A stretch of DNA of 64,000 bases. Source: Anolis carolinensis. Taxonomy: Eukaryota. Numbering within the stretch: the first letter of the stretch is position 1; each line of letters starts with the position of its first letter. The notes under the pieces were generated by a model. The model searched no databases, had not been told where the DNA came from, and saw only the letters and a program-made list of their open reading frames with translations. Shown one piece after another: positions 49,066 through 61,570 of the stretch. The position numbers were made by a program, and so were the translations under genes. The DNA is taken from the NCBI RefSeq assembly GCF_035594765.1, contig NC_085841.1, positions 261,856,525-261,920,524 on the forward strand, given 5' to 3'.

Positions 49066-50223
49066 CAGTGATTCTCAAAGTGGGTGCTACCGCCCCCTGG
49101 TGGGTGCTGCAGCGATCCAGGGGGACGGTGATGGCACCTATTAGGACATGGGGCGGGGCCAGGGGAGGGGAGGGGCCAGGGGAGGGGCAAGGCCAGGGGA
49201 GGGGCGGGGCCTCTTCCCAAGTGCCGAAGACAGGGCTGAGCACCTGAGGCGCCTGTAGAACACAGGGGACGGAGCTAGAGGAGTGGCCGTGGCTTCTTTC
49301 CAAAAGCCCGAGACAGGGCTGAGAATCTATACCTCTCCTGAGGCCAGAGCCGGCCCTAGGTGTTTTTCAAGTGTAGACGAACAGAATTTTGGCGCCCCCC
49401 CCCAACCAATCACTGAAAAATAAAAGCATTGGATAAGTGAAAATGTTTGATAATAAGGAGGGATTAAGGAAAAGCCTATTAAACATCAAATTACATCAAG
49501 ATTTTACAAATTAAGCACTAAAACATCATGTTTTACAACAAATCAACAGAAAAAGCAGTTCAATACCTTGCGGAGGCAGGCCGCAGGAGACAGGAGTTGC
49601 CTCGATGGCGCCCCCAACAAGATGGCGCCACAAGCAACTGCCTAGTTGGCCTGGTGGTTGAACCGCCTCTGCCTGAGGCACTTGTTGGGACACAGAGAGC
49701 GGAGCTAGGGAAGGGAATGGTTCCTCCTTCCAAGAGCCCGAGATAGGGCTGAGCCTCTATAGCTCTCCTGAGAGGCCTTTTAGGACTAAAGGGTGGGGCT
49801 AGGGGCAGGGCCTCTTCCCAAGAGCACAAGACAGGGCTGAGCCTCTGTATACCTCCCCTGAGGTGCTTGTTAGAACAGGGGACGGGGTATAGAGGTTCAG
49901 CCCTGTCAGGCACTTGGGAAGAGGCCCTGACCCCTCCTCTAGCCCCGCCCCCTGTGTCCTGACAGACGCTGCAGGACAGGGATAGAAGCTCAGCCCTGCC
50001 TCAGAGCTCGTAACTCCGCCCATCCCAGTCCTGGCTGCCCATTTGTGGCCCCGCCCACCTCCCCCTCCCAGCCCTGCATCTTGGACTAGGGGAGAGGCTC
50101 AGCCCCGCCCTCTTGAGCATGAACCACACCCACCCCTCTAAGCCACGCCCCCTTTCCGGGGGGCACTGAGTCATATTTTTTCTGGAAAGGGGGCGGTAGG
50201 CCAAATAAGTATGGGAACCACTG
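49066..50223. mobile_element. GC-rich hAT-like element with internal repeats
   Basis: Termini cagtgattctcaaagt / agtatgggaaccactg, subterminal ctaccgcccc inverted match, repeated acagggctgagcc units. No TSD is recognisable. Confidence 0.7.
49345..49671. mobile_element. Nested hAT MITE carrying a mariner-MITE fragment
   Basis: Termini cagagccgg / ccgcctctg, perfect 8-bp TSD cctgaggc. Bases 49430-49563 are the reverse complement of the 4958-family interior. Confidence 0.85.
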
Positions 50224-50923
50224 GTTTAGAGCTTTGAATATTATTGCCTGTATAGCTGACACAGTTTGTACTAGCCTCAGTTTCTGTCTTGTCTTGAAAG
50301 GCAAATCATACTAAGCTATGGTCTCTATACTGCACATTAAAATGCTGAAAGGGTCGCTACTACTTAGAATGCATATTTTGCCTTATACCATCCTTTATAT
50401 TAATCTTATCATTTTCAGAGTTTTGATTTTGATAGTGGCCCCAAGTATTCTAATAGAAAGTTACAATATAAATATAATAAATATTGAATGGTTTTAGAGG
50501 ACAACTTCTTATTTAATAAAACTAATTATGCCAAGCAAGTTCAGGAAGTCCTATCAATTTTTAACACATATATGGCATTTATATTCTGTTTTTCATAACA
50601 TTTATGCCAAAGTGATTTAGAATGTAATTTAAAATCCCAAACAACAGTAAAACAAGACAAATAACAATCAATAGGACAATTGGTCAAATAATTACATCCA
50701 AGTGGAAAGCTGATATTACCAGTGCTTAAAATGCAAGCCAATTAAAATTCCTGAATACAATCTGACATCCAAAAGATAATAAAATAGACACCAGCAATCT
50801 TTGAGGGGGGGGGGGATCATCCAAAGAGTGCAAAACTGGAGTGCAAAAGATGTGGAGGCTTCCCCCTCTCTTTTGATGTCCCTGCCTGATATCCAGTGAC
50901 CATGGGACTCATGTGACCCATAT

Positions 50924-51200
50924 GGAGCCCCTGGTGGTGTAGTGGATTAAAGCCTTGTGACTTGAAGGTTGGGTTGCTGATCTGAAAGCTGCCAGGTTCA
51001 AATCCCACCTGGGGAGAGCGCGGATGAGCTCCCTCTATCAGCTCCAGTTCCATGCGGGGACATGAGAGAAGCCTCCCACAAGGATGATAAAAACATCAAA
51101 ACATTCGGGCGTCCCCTGGGCAACGTCCTTGCAGACCGCCAGTTGTCTCACACCAGAAGTGACTTACAGTTTCTCAAGTCGCTCCTGACACACACAAAAA
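50924..51200 (+). mobile_element. Full-length tRNA-derived SINE (Vingi-tail family)
   Basis: A/B boxes, tail tcgctcctgaca..aaaaa, flanking direct repeat atgtg(a/g)cccat. Confidence 0.9.
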
Positions 51201-51329
51201 ATGTGGCCCATGCTGGACTGCATTTCACAGTATTCCTCAATGCTAGCTAGGGCTCATAGGAGTTGCAGTCCTACAAAATTGGGAGGGCACCAGGATTCCT
51301 ACCATTCTCCTAAAACAAAGGCTTTAAAC

Positions 51330-51619
51330 CAGGGGTCCCCAAACTTTTTAAACAGGGGGACAATTCACGGTCCCTCAGACCGTTGGAGGGCCGGACTATA
51401 GTTTTTTAAAAACTATGAACAAATCTCTATGCACACTGTACATATCTTGTTTTGAAGTAAAAAAATTGGAACAAATACAGCCCCAATGTTAATAATCATA
51501 ATCATAATAAAAATAATAAAGAGGGTTGGAAGAGACCCCTTGGCCCATTTAGTTCAACCCCCTTCTGCCTTTGTGCACCAAAAGCACAAGCAAAGCACCC
51601 CTAACCCAGCCTCAATGTT

Positions 51620-51677
<58 letters not shown>

Positions 51678-51779
51678 TCACACAGTCCTAAATGCTTGCA
51701 AAGTGTTTGATTTGTGATTTTGTGATACGAAATCCAGAACATATATCTCACTTGATGTGTTATACTGTGTCCTTCTGTC

Positions 51780-51825
<46 letters not shown>

Positions 51826-52405
51826 GAGGGTTGGAAGAGACCCCTTGGACCATTTAGTCTAACACCCTTCTGCCTGTGTGCACCAAACGCACTAGTAAAG
51901 CACCCTTAATAATTCATTATTACAGTAGAGTCTCACTTATCCAAGACACGCTTATCCAAGGTTCTGTTATCCAATGCATTTTTGTAGTCAATGTTTTCAA
52001 AACATAGTGATATTTTGGTGCTAAATTCATAAATACAGTAATTACAACATAACATTACTGCATATTGAACTACTTTTTCTGTCAAATTTGTTGTATAACA
52101 TGATGTTTTGGTGCTTAATTTGTAAAATCATAACCTAATTTGATGTTTAATAGGCTTTTCCTTAATCCCTCCTTATTATCCAAGATATTCGCTTATCTAA
52201 GGTTCTGCCAGCTTGGATAAGTGAGACTCTACTGTAATTAAATAATAATTAAAATACCATTATAAACAAGCAAAGCTTTGGAAGGTGCGCACCAGGCTTC
52301 ACGCGCCTTCCTTGGTAGAGGAGGAGGGAGCCACCGCTGCGGGGGCCAGATAAATGGCTTTGATGCGCTGCATGTGGCCCCTGGGCCTTAGTTTGGGGAC
52401 CCCTG
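51330..52405 (+). mobile_element. OC1-like hAT element with internal CR1-tail duplications, (AAT)n and a nested mariner MITE
   Basis: TIR caggggtccccaaact at both ends, perfect TSD ctttaaac. Confidence 0.85.
51923..52234. mobile_element. Tc1/mariner MITE, copy 3 (nested)
   Basis: TIR CAGTAGAGTCTCACTTATCCAAG, TA TSD. Confidence 0.9.
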
Positions 52406-52719
52406 CTTTAAACAATAAAAATCATTACTTTGACTTGAACTTTGAAAGCAGTCTTTCAAAACTGATAAACACACTGTCCCTATTAACATCCTGCTGGCTG
52501 CATTTTAAACCATTTGCAGCTTCCCAATAGTTTTCAAGAAAGGTCCCATAGACTGTTTAGACTGTAACAGAGATAATTGGGCAGAAATAATTAGTGACTC
52601 TGATAATTTCCTGTTTATAACAATCAACAGGAAGTTATCAGAGCATTAATTATGACTGTCAAATTACCCCTGATTAGTAGTAGTCACTACTGATTTACCA
52701 ACCCAAGCTGATAGAAAGT

Positions 52720-53615
52720 ACCTTGTACACATAGGACCAAGCCGATATCCCTCAGTGTCACTTTGTGATATCAGCCTTCCAGGGAGGTAGTAGCAGATTC
52801 ATCATATCCTTCTTCCTCTGACACCCAGATAATAGAGCTAATCCAATGTAGGTATACAGTATTATCTGAAGGGAGTAGGAAAACAAGGAGTAAGAATCAA
52901 GGCAATATGTGTGAGGTTTGTAGAATAGTTCTAGTGGTTGTGTATCTAATATGTGTTTATTAGAGTCAGTATGTTTTATGTTATGGCAACTGTCTTAGAT
53001 ATAGTTGTGTTAGATCTAGTGAGGGGGACGTGGGTTTAAAAAGAGAATTTTCAAAGATGCTTCCAGTGACTATAAGTTCCATATGTTTTGATTGACTTAA
53101 GTTGCAAAAGGCCTATGTCTGAGAAAGGCCTGCGCTTGAGAGAAAATGTTCCCGAGAAAAAGAAGTTGCTTTCAATAATAACAATCCATCAAGTCAGAAC
53201 CAGTTACCCACTACTCCCTAGGATTCTCATATGGATTCGAACCTATACTTGCAACAAAAGGAAGATAGGCAGGTACTGAGATCAAGGTCAGTAACACGAA
53301 AAGCACCATTGTCTAAAGAGTCCCATGTTGTTACAGCATAGAAAACCAATGGAATTGCATGATGGTTAAAATGCTTGTGATGTAGCCAACATTAGACGAA
53401 AGGGGTAAATGATCTTTGTAGCCAATAAGGATATGCTTACTATTTTCTGTAGAAGTGATAAAAAACCCTTGCAACCATTTTGAAAGTGCGACAAATCCTT
53501 TTATTGATTGCATTGATGTATGCATGTTTTTGTCGTTATTGCTAAGCTCGCAATAAAAAGTTCTTTTGCAGTTTGAAGATCCAACTTTTGTGGTGTCCTT
53601 CCTCGCCCTTTCCAC
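52720..53615 (+). mobile_element. Possible old LTR (boundaries uncertain)
   Basis: CCAAT boxes (~53346, ~53421), TATA-like gataaaaaa (~53457), AATAAA (~53552), then a GT-rich stretch ending in CA. No TSD was found. Confidence 0.3.
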
Positions 53616-53805
53616 AGAAAAGGGGCCTCCTGCTTTTGACTTTGGATTAAAAGGAGTATTTTTACATCTTTTACATCTTTGCCCCTTCACTAGTAGCTTT
53701 GTTTTATATATTATAAAAACTGTTTTTCTTGTATTGTTTTGGTGTTTTTTAAAATTCCTTCCCATTATTTCATGAATGAAATTAATAATAAAAAGTAAGA
53801 TACAA

Positions 53806-53982
53806 TGGCTGTAAGAGCTGTTCAGCAATGGAACTCTCTGCCTCGGAGTGTAGTGGAGGCTCCTTCTTTGGAGACTTTTAAACAGAGGCTAGATGGCCAT
53901 TTGCCAGGGGCGCTTTGTGCTTTTCCTGAATGGCAGGGGGTTGGACTAGATGGCCCATGTGATTTTTTCCAACTCTATGATT
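53806..53982 (+). mobile_element. CR1 3' fragment
   Basis: [31 protein letters not shown] plus the CR1 3' UTR hairpin. Confidence 0.9.
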
Positions 53983-54259
53983 ATTGACTGAGAAGTATCA
54001 ACAGGGTCATATTCCACTGATTCTTCTCTTAACAGGGAAGTGGTCATTGGATCCACCACAACATGGAAAACCCATCCATTCTTGATTTTGCCTCCAGTTC
54101 TCCTGCAACAGCTCTGAGTTGTACAGGAGCTCTATCAGCACCAAACCTTTGAAGGGTAGGGCCCAGCAGAATTCTCAAACAGCTTGAAACAGCAGCTGCC
54201 AGAGGAGCAGCAGATATATAAACAATGGATTCGCTTCCGCTATGGTAGGGATCAACTGA

Positions 54260-54640
54260 CTGCCTCCTGCTATCAGGCCAGCCATTGCCATTTTAATACC
54301 CAATCCTGGCCTGAAACCAAACTGAAATTGGTCTAGATGAAATACTTGCTCCAAAAGCATCTGGAATTGAGCTGCTACAACACTCTGCCAAAATATTACC
54401 CAGAGGGGGATATTAGTAACTGAGCGAGAGTTATTGAAGTAGCTCAGATGCAAGAAAGGTTTCTCTCCAGCTGCCATTTTCAAACGTATTGGTGCCAACT
54501 CCTCTCATAAAAGGGCATTAACTCGTTTTTGGAAGATAACCGTGGATCTCACTACTCCATGTAGTAATTAATAATAAAGATGGGATCAAGAATAGACATA
54601 AGACATGCCTACATGGACAATTTCTCCTATGGAGGATGAG
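54260..54640 (-). mobile_element. Old L2-type RT fragment
   Basis: NSRSVTNIPL..VVAAQFQ..LDQFQFGFRPGLG resembles the L2 motif NYRPVSNLPF..LDPFQSGFRPG. Confidence 0.7.
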
Positions 54641-56215
54641 AGGGTAGCATGCACAGAATCCACTGGCCCTTCTCACCTCCAGCATGGATGAAAGTGCTTA
54701 ACATGGTTTTGCCTTGTGTTAAGCAAAGTCAGAGAATGCTCCAGGGCTTCCCCAAAGCTCTTTACTTCCAGCAGTGAAAACAGTTAAGCCAATTCTGAAT
54801 TGGAACCAGCGCTGCTGTTCACATGGCCATTCTGCTTTTGCAGGGCTCCGCAGCATGGGAATAAGGGGATGGCACCTACTTTAACTGTCCTATCGTCATT
54901 ACCGCAGTGGCAATGGATTTCTAAAGACCTCCAGTCAGTTCTCGGGCATGATTGTTGACGATTTGCAAGAGTGCCTAAATGACTTTGAAAAGGATGGGGG
55001 TATTGCCCCCCCTTTTCCCCTACTTCCCTCTCCAAGCCCCTACAAACATCAGAAACATCAGGGACAGCCAGGACCTCTTTGGTAAAAGTGACCATCCAAT
55101 GATGCCAACTGCCACAGCAGGATACTGGTATGCAATGAAGATGTCCCTGGTGCTGGTGTAAGGTACTGCACTCTGGACTAGCCCCAGGTTTATTTATTTT
55201 ATTTATTAACTTTATTTCTACCCTGCCTTTCTCCCCATAGGTACTCAAAGTAGCTTACAGTAATGTAACCCGATAAATTTAAAAACATGACAAATGCAAA
55301 AGTCAAAAAACAATTTGTAAAAATTAGATATTTGTGTCTTGAATTCAAAATACGGTTAAGATATAATAAAAATACTCAAACAATTAAAATTACATTTAAA
55401 ACTAAATGTCCACCCCAAATCCCTCCCCAACACAACCTCTCCAGCAATATGCCCCTCGTGCTCGCCCAAATGCCTGGTGGCAAAGAAATGTCTTAACTTG
55501 CTTGCAAAAGGCAGGTAGGGATGGGGCAGGTGTCTATATCTAAAAGTAGTTTCCCAAAAGTAGTTTTATGGCTAGAACCTTCAGGTCAGCAACCCAACCT
55601 TCAGGTCAGCAGTCCTGCTGGCACAAAGGGTTAACCCACTGCGCCACCTGGGGCTCCACTTCAGTTAAAACCAGGGTATCTGATCAGGATGTTGAAGAGA
55701 CAGTAATCATCCGCTTTTCTAAAATGCCCGCTCCCATTCACTAGTCCATCTCTAGAATAAATATCATGGTGGGGAAAAGGGTGCAACAGAACTAGCAAAT
55801 GTGAATGCTTGAGAGAGAAAGCTGAATGGGCTTGTGTTGATGAAAATGCAAACACATTCCAAGAAGGCCAGTAATCCAGCTTTTTAACAACCAAATATGC
55901 CTCCTAGAGATCACATCTGCAACCAGTTACCTCACTGAAAATCATGCAGAGTATAGATTAGCATTTTCCATGAAGTCAGAGACTTAGCTAGCTTGTTTAT
56001 ATCTTGCCTCAAATTTGTATTTTCAGTTGGAACCTTGTAGAACAACCTCTTAACCCAGTGAACAGCAATTCTGAGTTGTTGAGGCAGAGAAATATACAAT
56101 CAAGGCTGAAGCTTTGTGATATAGCTTTAGGAGCTTAGTTCCAGGGGTCATTTAGTCCATAAATGGGGGTAATTCATTAAAGATTAGTGATGACAAAAGC
56201 AGTTACTTTCACAAC

Positions 56216-58764
56216 ACAGCAACATGGAATGGACGAAGGATTGGGGGAAATCCAACCCCAAATAGGGAAACAAGTTGTCCAGGAACACCTGGCCACTCTA
56301 AACGAATTCAAGTCGCCAGGGCCAGATCAGCTACATCCAAGAGTATTGAAGGAACTAGCGGAAGTTATTTCAGAACCACTGGCAATCATCTTCGAGAGTT
56401 CTTGGAGAACAGGAGAAGTCCCAGCAGATTGAAGGAGGGCGAATGTGGTCCCTATCTTCAAGAAGGGAAAAAAGAACGACCCAAACAATTACCGTCCGGT
56501 CAGCCTCACATCAATACCAGGCAAGATTCTGGAAAAGATCATTAAGGAAGTGGTCTGCAAACACTTAGAAACAAAGAAGGGTTAGAAGGCACGATCATCA
56601 AGTTTGCAGACGACACCAAACTGGGAGGGATAGCTAACACTCCAGAAGACAGGAGCAGAATTCAAAACGATCTTGACAGACTAGAGAGATGGGCCGAAAC
56701 TAACAAAATGAAGGGACAAATGCAAGATACTTCATTTCGGCAGAAAAAATGGAAATCAAAGATACAGAATGGGGGACGCCTGGCTTGACAGCAGTGTGTG
56801 CGAAAAAGACCTTGGAGTCCTCGTGGACAACAAGTTAAACAATGAGCCAACAATGTGATGCAGCAGCTAAAAAAGCCAATGGGATTCTGGCCTGCATCAA
56901 TAGGGGAATAGCGTCTAGATCCAGGGAAGTCCTGCTCCCCCTCTATTGTGCCTTGGTCAGACCACACCTGGAATACTGTGTCCAATTCTGGGCACCACAG
57001 TTGAAGGGAGATGTTGACAAGCTGGAAAGCGTCCAGAGGAGGGCGACTAAAATGATTAAGGGTCTGGAGAACAAGCCCTATGAGGAGTGGCTTAAAGAGC
57101 TTGGCATGTTTAGCCTGCAGAAGAGAAGGCTGAGAGGAGACATGATAGCCATGTACAAATACGTGAAGGGAAGTCATAGGGAGGAGGGAGCAAGATTGTT
57201 TTCTGCTGCCCTGCAGACTAGGACACGGAACAATGGCTTCAAACTACAGGAAAGGAGATTCCACCTGAACATCAGGAAGTACTTCCTCACTGTGAGGGCT
57301 GTTCGACAGTGGAACTCTCTCCCCCGGGCTGTGGTGGAGGCTCCTTCCTTGGAGGCTTTTAAGCAGAGGCTGGATGGCCATCTGTCGGGGGTGCTTTGAA
57401 TGCGATTTCCTGCTTCTTGGCAGGGGGTTGGACTGGATGGCCCATGAGGTCTCTTCCAACTCTACTATTCTATGATTCTATGATTCTATGAAATGCGGTC
57501 ATTGCTAATAGTCAACACGGATTTACCAAAAACAAGTCATGCCAGACTAATCTGATCTCTTTTTTCGATAGAGTTACGAGTTGGGTCGATACAGGGAATG
57601 CTGTGGATGTAGCGTACCTGGATTTCAGTAAGGCCTTCGACAAAGTCCCCCACGACCTTCTGGCAAACAAACTAGTTAAATGTGGGCTAGACAAAACTAC
57701 GGTTAGGTGGATCGGTAATTGGCTAAGCGAACGAACCCAAAGGGTGCTCACCAATGCGTCGTCTTCATCATGGAAAGAAGTGACAAGTGGAGTGCCGCAG
57801 GGTTCCGTCCTGGGCCCGGTTCTCTTCAACATCTTTATTAACGACTTAGACGAAGGGTTAGAAGGCACGATCATCACGTTTGCAGACGACACCAAACTGG
57901 GAGGGATAGCTAACACTCCAGAAGACAGGAGCAGAATTCAAAACGATCTTGAAAGACTAGAGAGATGGGCCGAAACTAACAAAATGAAGTTCAACAGGGA
58001 CAAATGCAAGATACTTCACTTCGGCAGAAAAAATGGAAATCAAAGATACAGAATGGGGGACGCCTGGCTTGACAGCAGTGTGTGCGAAAAAGACCTTGGA
58101 GTCCTCGTGGACAACAAATTAAACATGAGCCTACAATGTGATGCGGCAGCTAAAAAAGCCAATGGGATTTTGGCCTGCATCAATAGGGGAATAGCGTCTA
58201 GATCCAGGGAAGTCATGCTCCCCCTCCATTCTGCCTTGGTCAGACCACACCTGGAATACTGTGTCCAATTCTGGGCACCGCAGATGAAGGGAGATGTTGA
58301 CAAGCTGGAAAGCGTCCAGAGGAAAAATGATCAAGGGTCTGGAGAACAGGCCCTATGAAGAGAGGCTTAAAGAGCTAGGCATGTTTCGCCTGCAGAAGAG
58401 AAGGCTGAGAGGAGACATGATATCCATGTACAAATACGTGAAGGGAAGTCATAGGAAGGAGGAAGTAAGCTTATTTTCTGCCGCCCTGCAGACTAGGACA
58501 CGGAACAATGGCTTCAAACTACAGGAAAGGAGATTCCACCAGAACATCAGGAAGAACTTCCTCACTGTGAGGGCTGTTCGGCAGTGGAACTCTCTCCCCC
58601 AGACTGTGGTGGAGGCTCCTTCTTTGGAAGCTTTTAAGCAGAGGCTGGATGGCCATCTGTCGGGGGTGCTTTGAATGCGATTTCCTGCTTCTTAGCAGGG
58701 GGTTGGACTAGATGGCCCATGAGGTCTCTTTCAACTCTACTATTCTATGATTCTATGATTCTAT
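56216..58764 (+). mobile_element. Young CR1 LINE, 5' truncated (outer copy: 56216-56575 plus 57491-58764)
   Basis: KSPGPDQLHPRVLKEL, NYRPVSLTS, YLDFSKAFDKV, SGVPQGSVLGP, FADDTKL; (ATTCTATG)n tail. There is one premature stop (56430) and one frameshift (~58320). Confidence 0.95.
56576..57490 (+). mobile_element. Young CR1 LINE, 915 bp, nested in the outer CR1
   Basis: Starts at gaagggttagaagg, ends in (ATTCTATG)3, and is flanked by aaa on both sides. Confidence 0.9.
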
Positions 58765-59279
58765 AGCCCATTGACACTATTTTAACTGCCATAGATTTAT
58801 GCATTACAATCCTGTGATGTGTAGTTTCATGATGTATTTTGAGAGACAGAATACGCACTGTGCTACGCACCAAATTATAAATTCCCAGGGTTCTATAGTG
58901 CTATAATTATGTACTGTGAAAGAAACTTTTTTTTTGTTATCACCTAACTTTTTACATATTATCCCCAACCTGCACATAAATGAATCCTAAAACTAAGCCA
59001 GCTACTGGGGCATTTTTAGTTTAGCCACTTTGTCTTCAGAAAAGAAATAAAAACACTTTGAAAATCATGGCAAAGGTTTAGGTGTTCCAGGAAAGCCTAT
59101 TCACTTTTTAAAATTTCAAGAAAAATCTCAGTGAGGGAATGGTAAGTGGATTCATGGTAGTTTTAGGTCTAGTTTCAGAAACCTTTGGGACTGGATGTCC
59201 AGAACTCTAACCATCTGTTAAAGGAAGAATATAACACCTTCAGGGAACAAACACTGAATCACTTCCAGTTTCTGTGCCT

Positions 59280-59520
59280 CCGCTCACTAAGTAAATAGCT
59301 TACCCACCTCTTTAATGAGAACCAGTGGCTGAGTGATGTGTCTGTTTAACCACCCAAACACCAGCAGAGGCGGGATAATCTGGGAGCTGAGCATCCGGGG
59401 AGGAAGTAAAAGAATCCGAAAAAGAGTGCTGACGTTTGTGTTCACCCCATAAAGAAGGAGTTTCTTAGAAGACGCCTCTTTGATAGACATGGGAGAAGCC
59501 CCCCCCCCCCCCCCCGCTTT
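59280..59520. promoter_or_regulatory. CpG-enriched non-repeat patch, candidate enhancer or promoter
   Basis: Local CpG excess, TGACGT, GGCGGG, TGTTTAAC, and a minus-strand donor-like GG|GTAAGC at ~59303. Confidence 0.35.
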
Positions 59521-60122
59521 AGGTAGCTGAAACAGGATGAACTTGTCAGTGATGGGGAGAAAAATCTAGGCCACACTCCAAACCATCTATTTTTGGGGTG
59601 TTCTGCATAGCTAGGAGCTTCCTAATTTTTGTGGAGAATGTGAAAGCAGACCCCTCACATTCACCCCATCTTTGTTGTAGCCCTCGGCAGTAGCAGATGA
59701 GGACAAAGTGTCAGTGGCATCAACACAGCTGCTGCAAATATTGCATATGGGAGGGGTGTTGAGGTTCTCATCACCCTACAAGGTGATCTCATCTTCAACG
59801 TTTTCAGAGAAGACTCCTTCCGTTGTAGTCCTTTGAGAGACTGCCTGAGCTATTGCTGGACATCATTGACTATCCTCCACCTTCATGGTTCCAGATAGAG
59901 CTGAGAATGAACTTGGCAAGATAAAAAGTGGGAATAATCCCTATGGTTAGGCAGGATCAGAAAACTGGGTGGGTTAGGTTATCTTTCCACATAGGGTAGA
60001 GATGACTAGTAATCTTCTGCCTTCTGGTGTATGGGAGGAGACATGTCAGTTGAGGATATCCTGCCATCCTGCTGGAAAACATGTCCCTAAATCTAAACAG
60101 CACATGCTACTGCAAGTGGCTA

Positions 60123-60327
60123 CAGAAAGCCCTTGGTATCTGCTGGAGTTTGGTTCCAGGACCCCCCTGTGGATACCTAAATCTGTGGATGCTCAAGTCT
60201 CATTATATACAATGGTGTAGAAAAATGGTTTATTTCATATAAAATCAATGTTTGTGCTCTGGAATTTTAACATGTAACAACTTTCAAGCCATGGATGGTT
60301 GAATCTGTTGATACAGAGGGCTGGCTG
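60123..60327. mobile_element. Tigger/MER2-like MITE
   Basis: cccttggtatc..ttggttccaggacccccc..ggatacc..ggatgctcaagtc, TA flanks. Confidence 0.7.
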
Positions 60328-61038
60328 TATATTTTTTAATTTTATTTTTTCCAACTCTGGGTAATAATGTGCAGAAAGGTTAAAGCCCTGATTTGGCAGT
60401 TGTCAGAAACATAGCAGATATGGAAAAGGAGGAACTATGTAGGTTCTCAGTACTGAGTAAGCAGCTGTAAGAGCAGCAGTTCTGATCCCTGGAGGTTTCT
60501 TTGAAAGCCACTATATTAACTCTAGGATGCAGCTCAGATTGCACGGTGATACTCCCCAGGCACCACCAGACATATGATGCAAACATATCAACAAGGGGCC
60601 ATTTCATAGCTCATCTATTTGTTCGGCTATAAGTCAAAGAAATCTAGAGGCAGGAGTTAACATTATATATACTGATAATCGTGTATGGTACTAACAGGCA
60701 TTTTAATACACACACATGAATACAACCTCTTGAAGCTGCTATTGTTAAAGCAAATTAATTTAGGCAGCTTGCTTTCATGCAGTTTATTAAACAGATTTCC
60801 GTTTACAGGTGGATGGACATGAAGTAACAACTCAAAACAGTAGCCAATGCAGTTTGATACCACTTTAACGGCTATGCTTCAATACTATGGTAACCTGGGG
60901 ACTGTAGTTTCACAAATCTTTTGCTTTTCTGCCCAGAAGTGCTGGTGATTTGTCAAACTACAAATCCCAGAATCTCATAGCATTGAATAATGGCAGTTAA
61001 AGTCGTGTTAAACTGCGTTAGTTATAGTGTGTGTAGAT

Positions 61039-61196
61039 CAGGCATGGGCAAACTTTGACCCTCCAGGTAGCCTCAAGCCCTTTCCTTTTCCCCCTCAGAC
61101 ACTTAAGCAGCTGAGGGGGAAAAGGAAGAGGCCCGAGGCCAGGAATTGTGGGATTGAAGTCCAAAACACCTGGAGGGCCAAAATTTGCTTTGCCTG
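61039..61196. mobile_element. hAT MITE inserted in the TIR of a Harbinger-like MITE
   Basis: Termini caggcatgggcaaactt / aatttgctttgcctg, TSD gtgtagat / gtgtagct. Confidence 0.8.
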
Positions 61197-61252
61197 GTGT
61201 AGCTGCATCCCAAGGTTCTATATCACCCACCCTTTTTCCTGTCTGTAAGAGC

Positions 61253-61253
<1 letters not shown>

Positions 61254-61306
<53 letters not shown>
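61254..61306. repeat. (GATA)n microsatellite
   Basis: Directly visible. Confidence 0.95.
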
Positions 61307-61307
<1 letters not shown>

Positions 61308-61346
61308 ATGCATCTAATGAATGCTTCTGTATTTTTGAGAAACGTA

Positions 61347-61570
61347 CCCTGTTTCCCTGAAAATAAAATCTACCCCCCAAAATAAGCCCTAGAATGATTT
61401 TTCAGGATTTTTGAGGATGCTCAAAATATAAGCCTTCCCTCCAAAATAATCCCTAATTACAGTTCATTTAATAAATGAATTTGGAAAAAAATAAGACACC
61501 TCCTAAGCCCTAATACATTTTAGGAGCAAAAATTGATATAAGACTTTGTTGTATTTTCAGAGAAACATTG
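61347..61570. mobile_element. Older pogo-like MITE related to 30498
   Basis: ccctgtttccctgaaaataa..tattttcagagaaaca termini. Confidence 0.65.

Noticed and set aside
53331-53828. 165-aa minus-strand ORF
   Set aside because: It has no recognisable domain, starts in a CR1 fragment and runs antisense through an LTR-like region, so it is likely chance.
54784-55248. 154-aa minus-strand ORF
   Set aside because: It begins in an L2-type tail and has no recognisable motif or splice context.
56842-58674. 185-251 aa RT ORFs as a functional gene
   Set aside because: They are 5'-truncated CR1 ORF2 pieces with a stop, frameshifts and no endonuclease domain.
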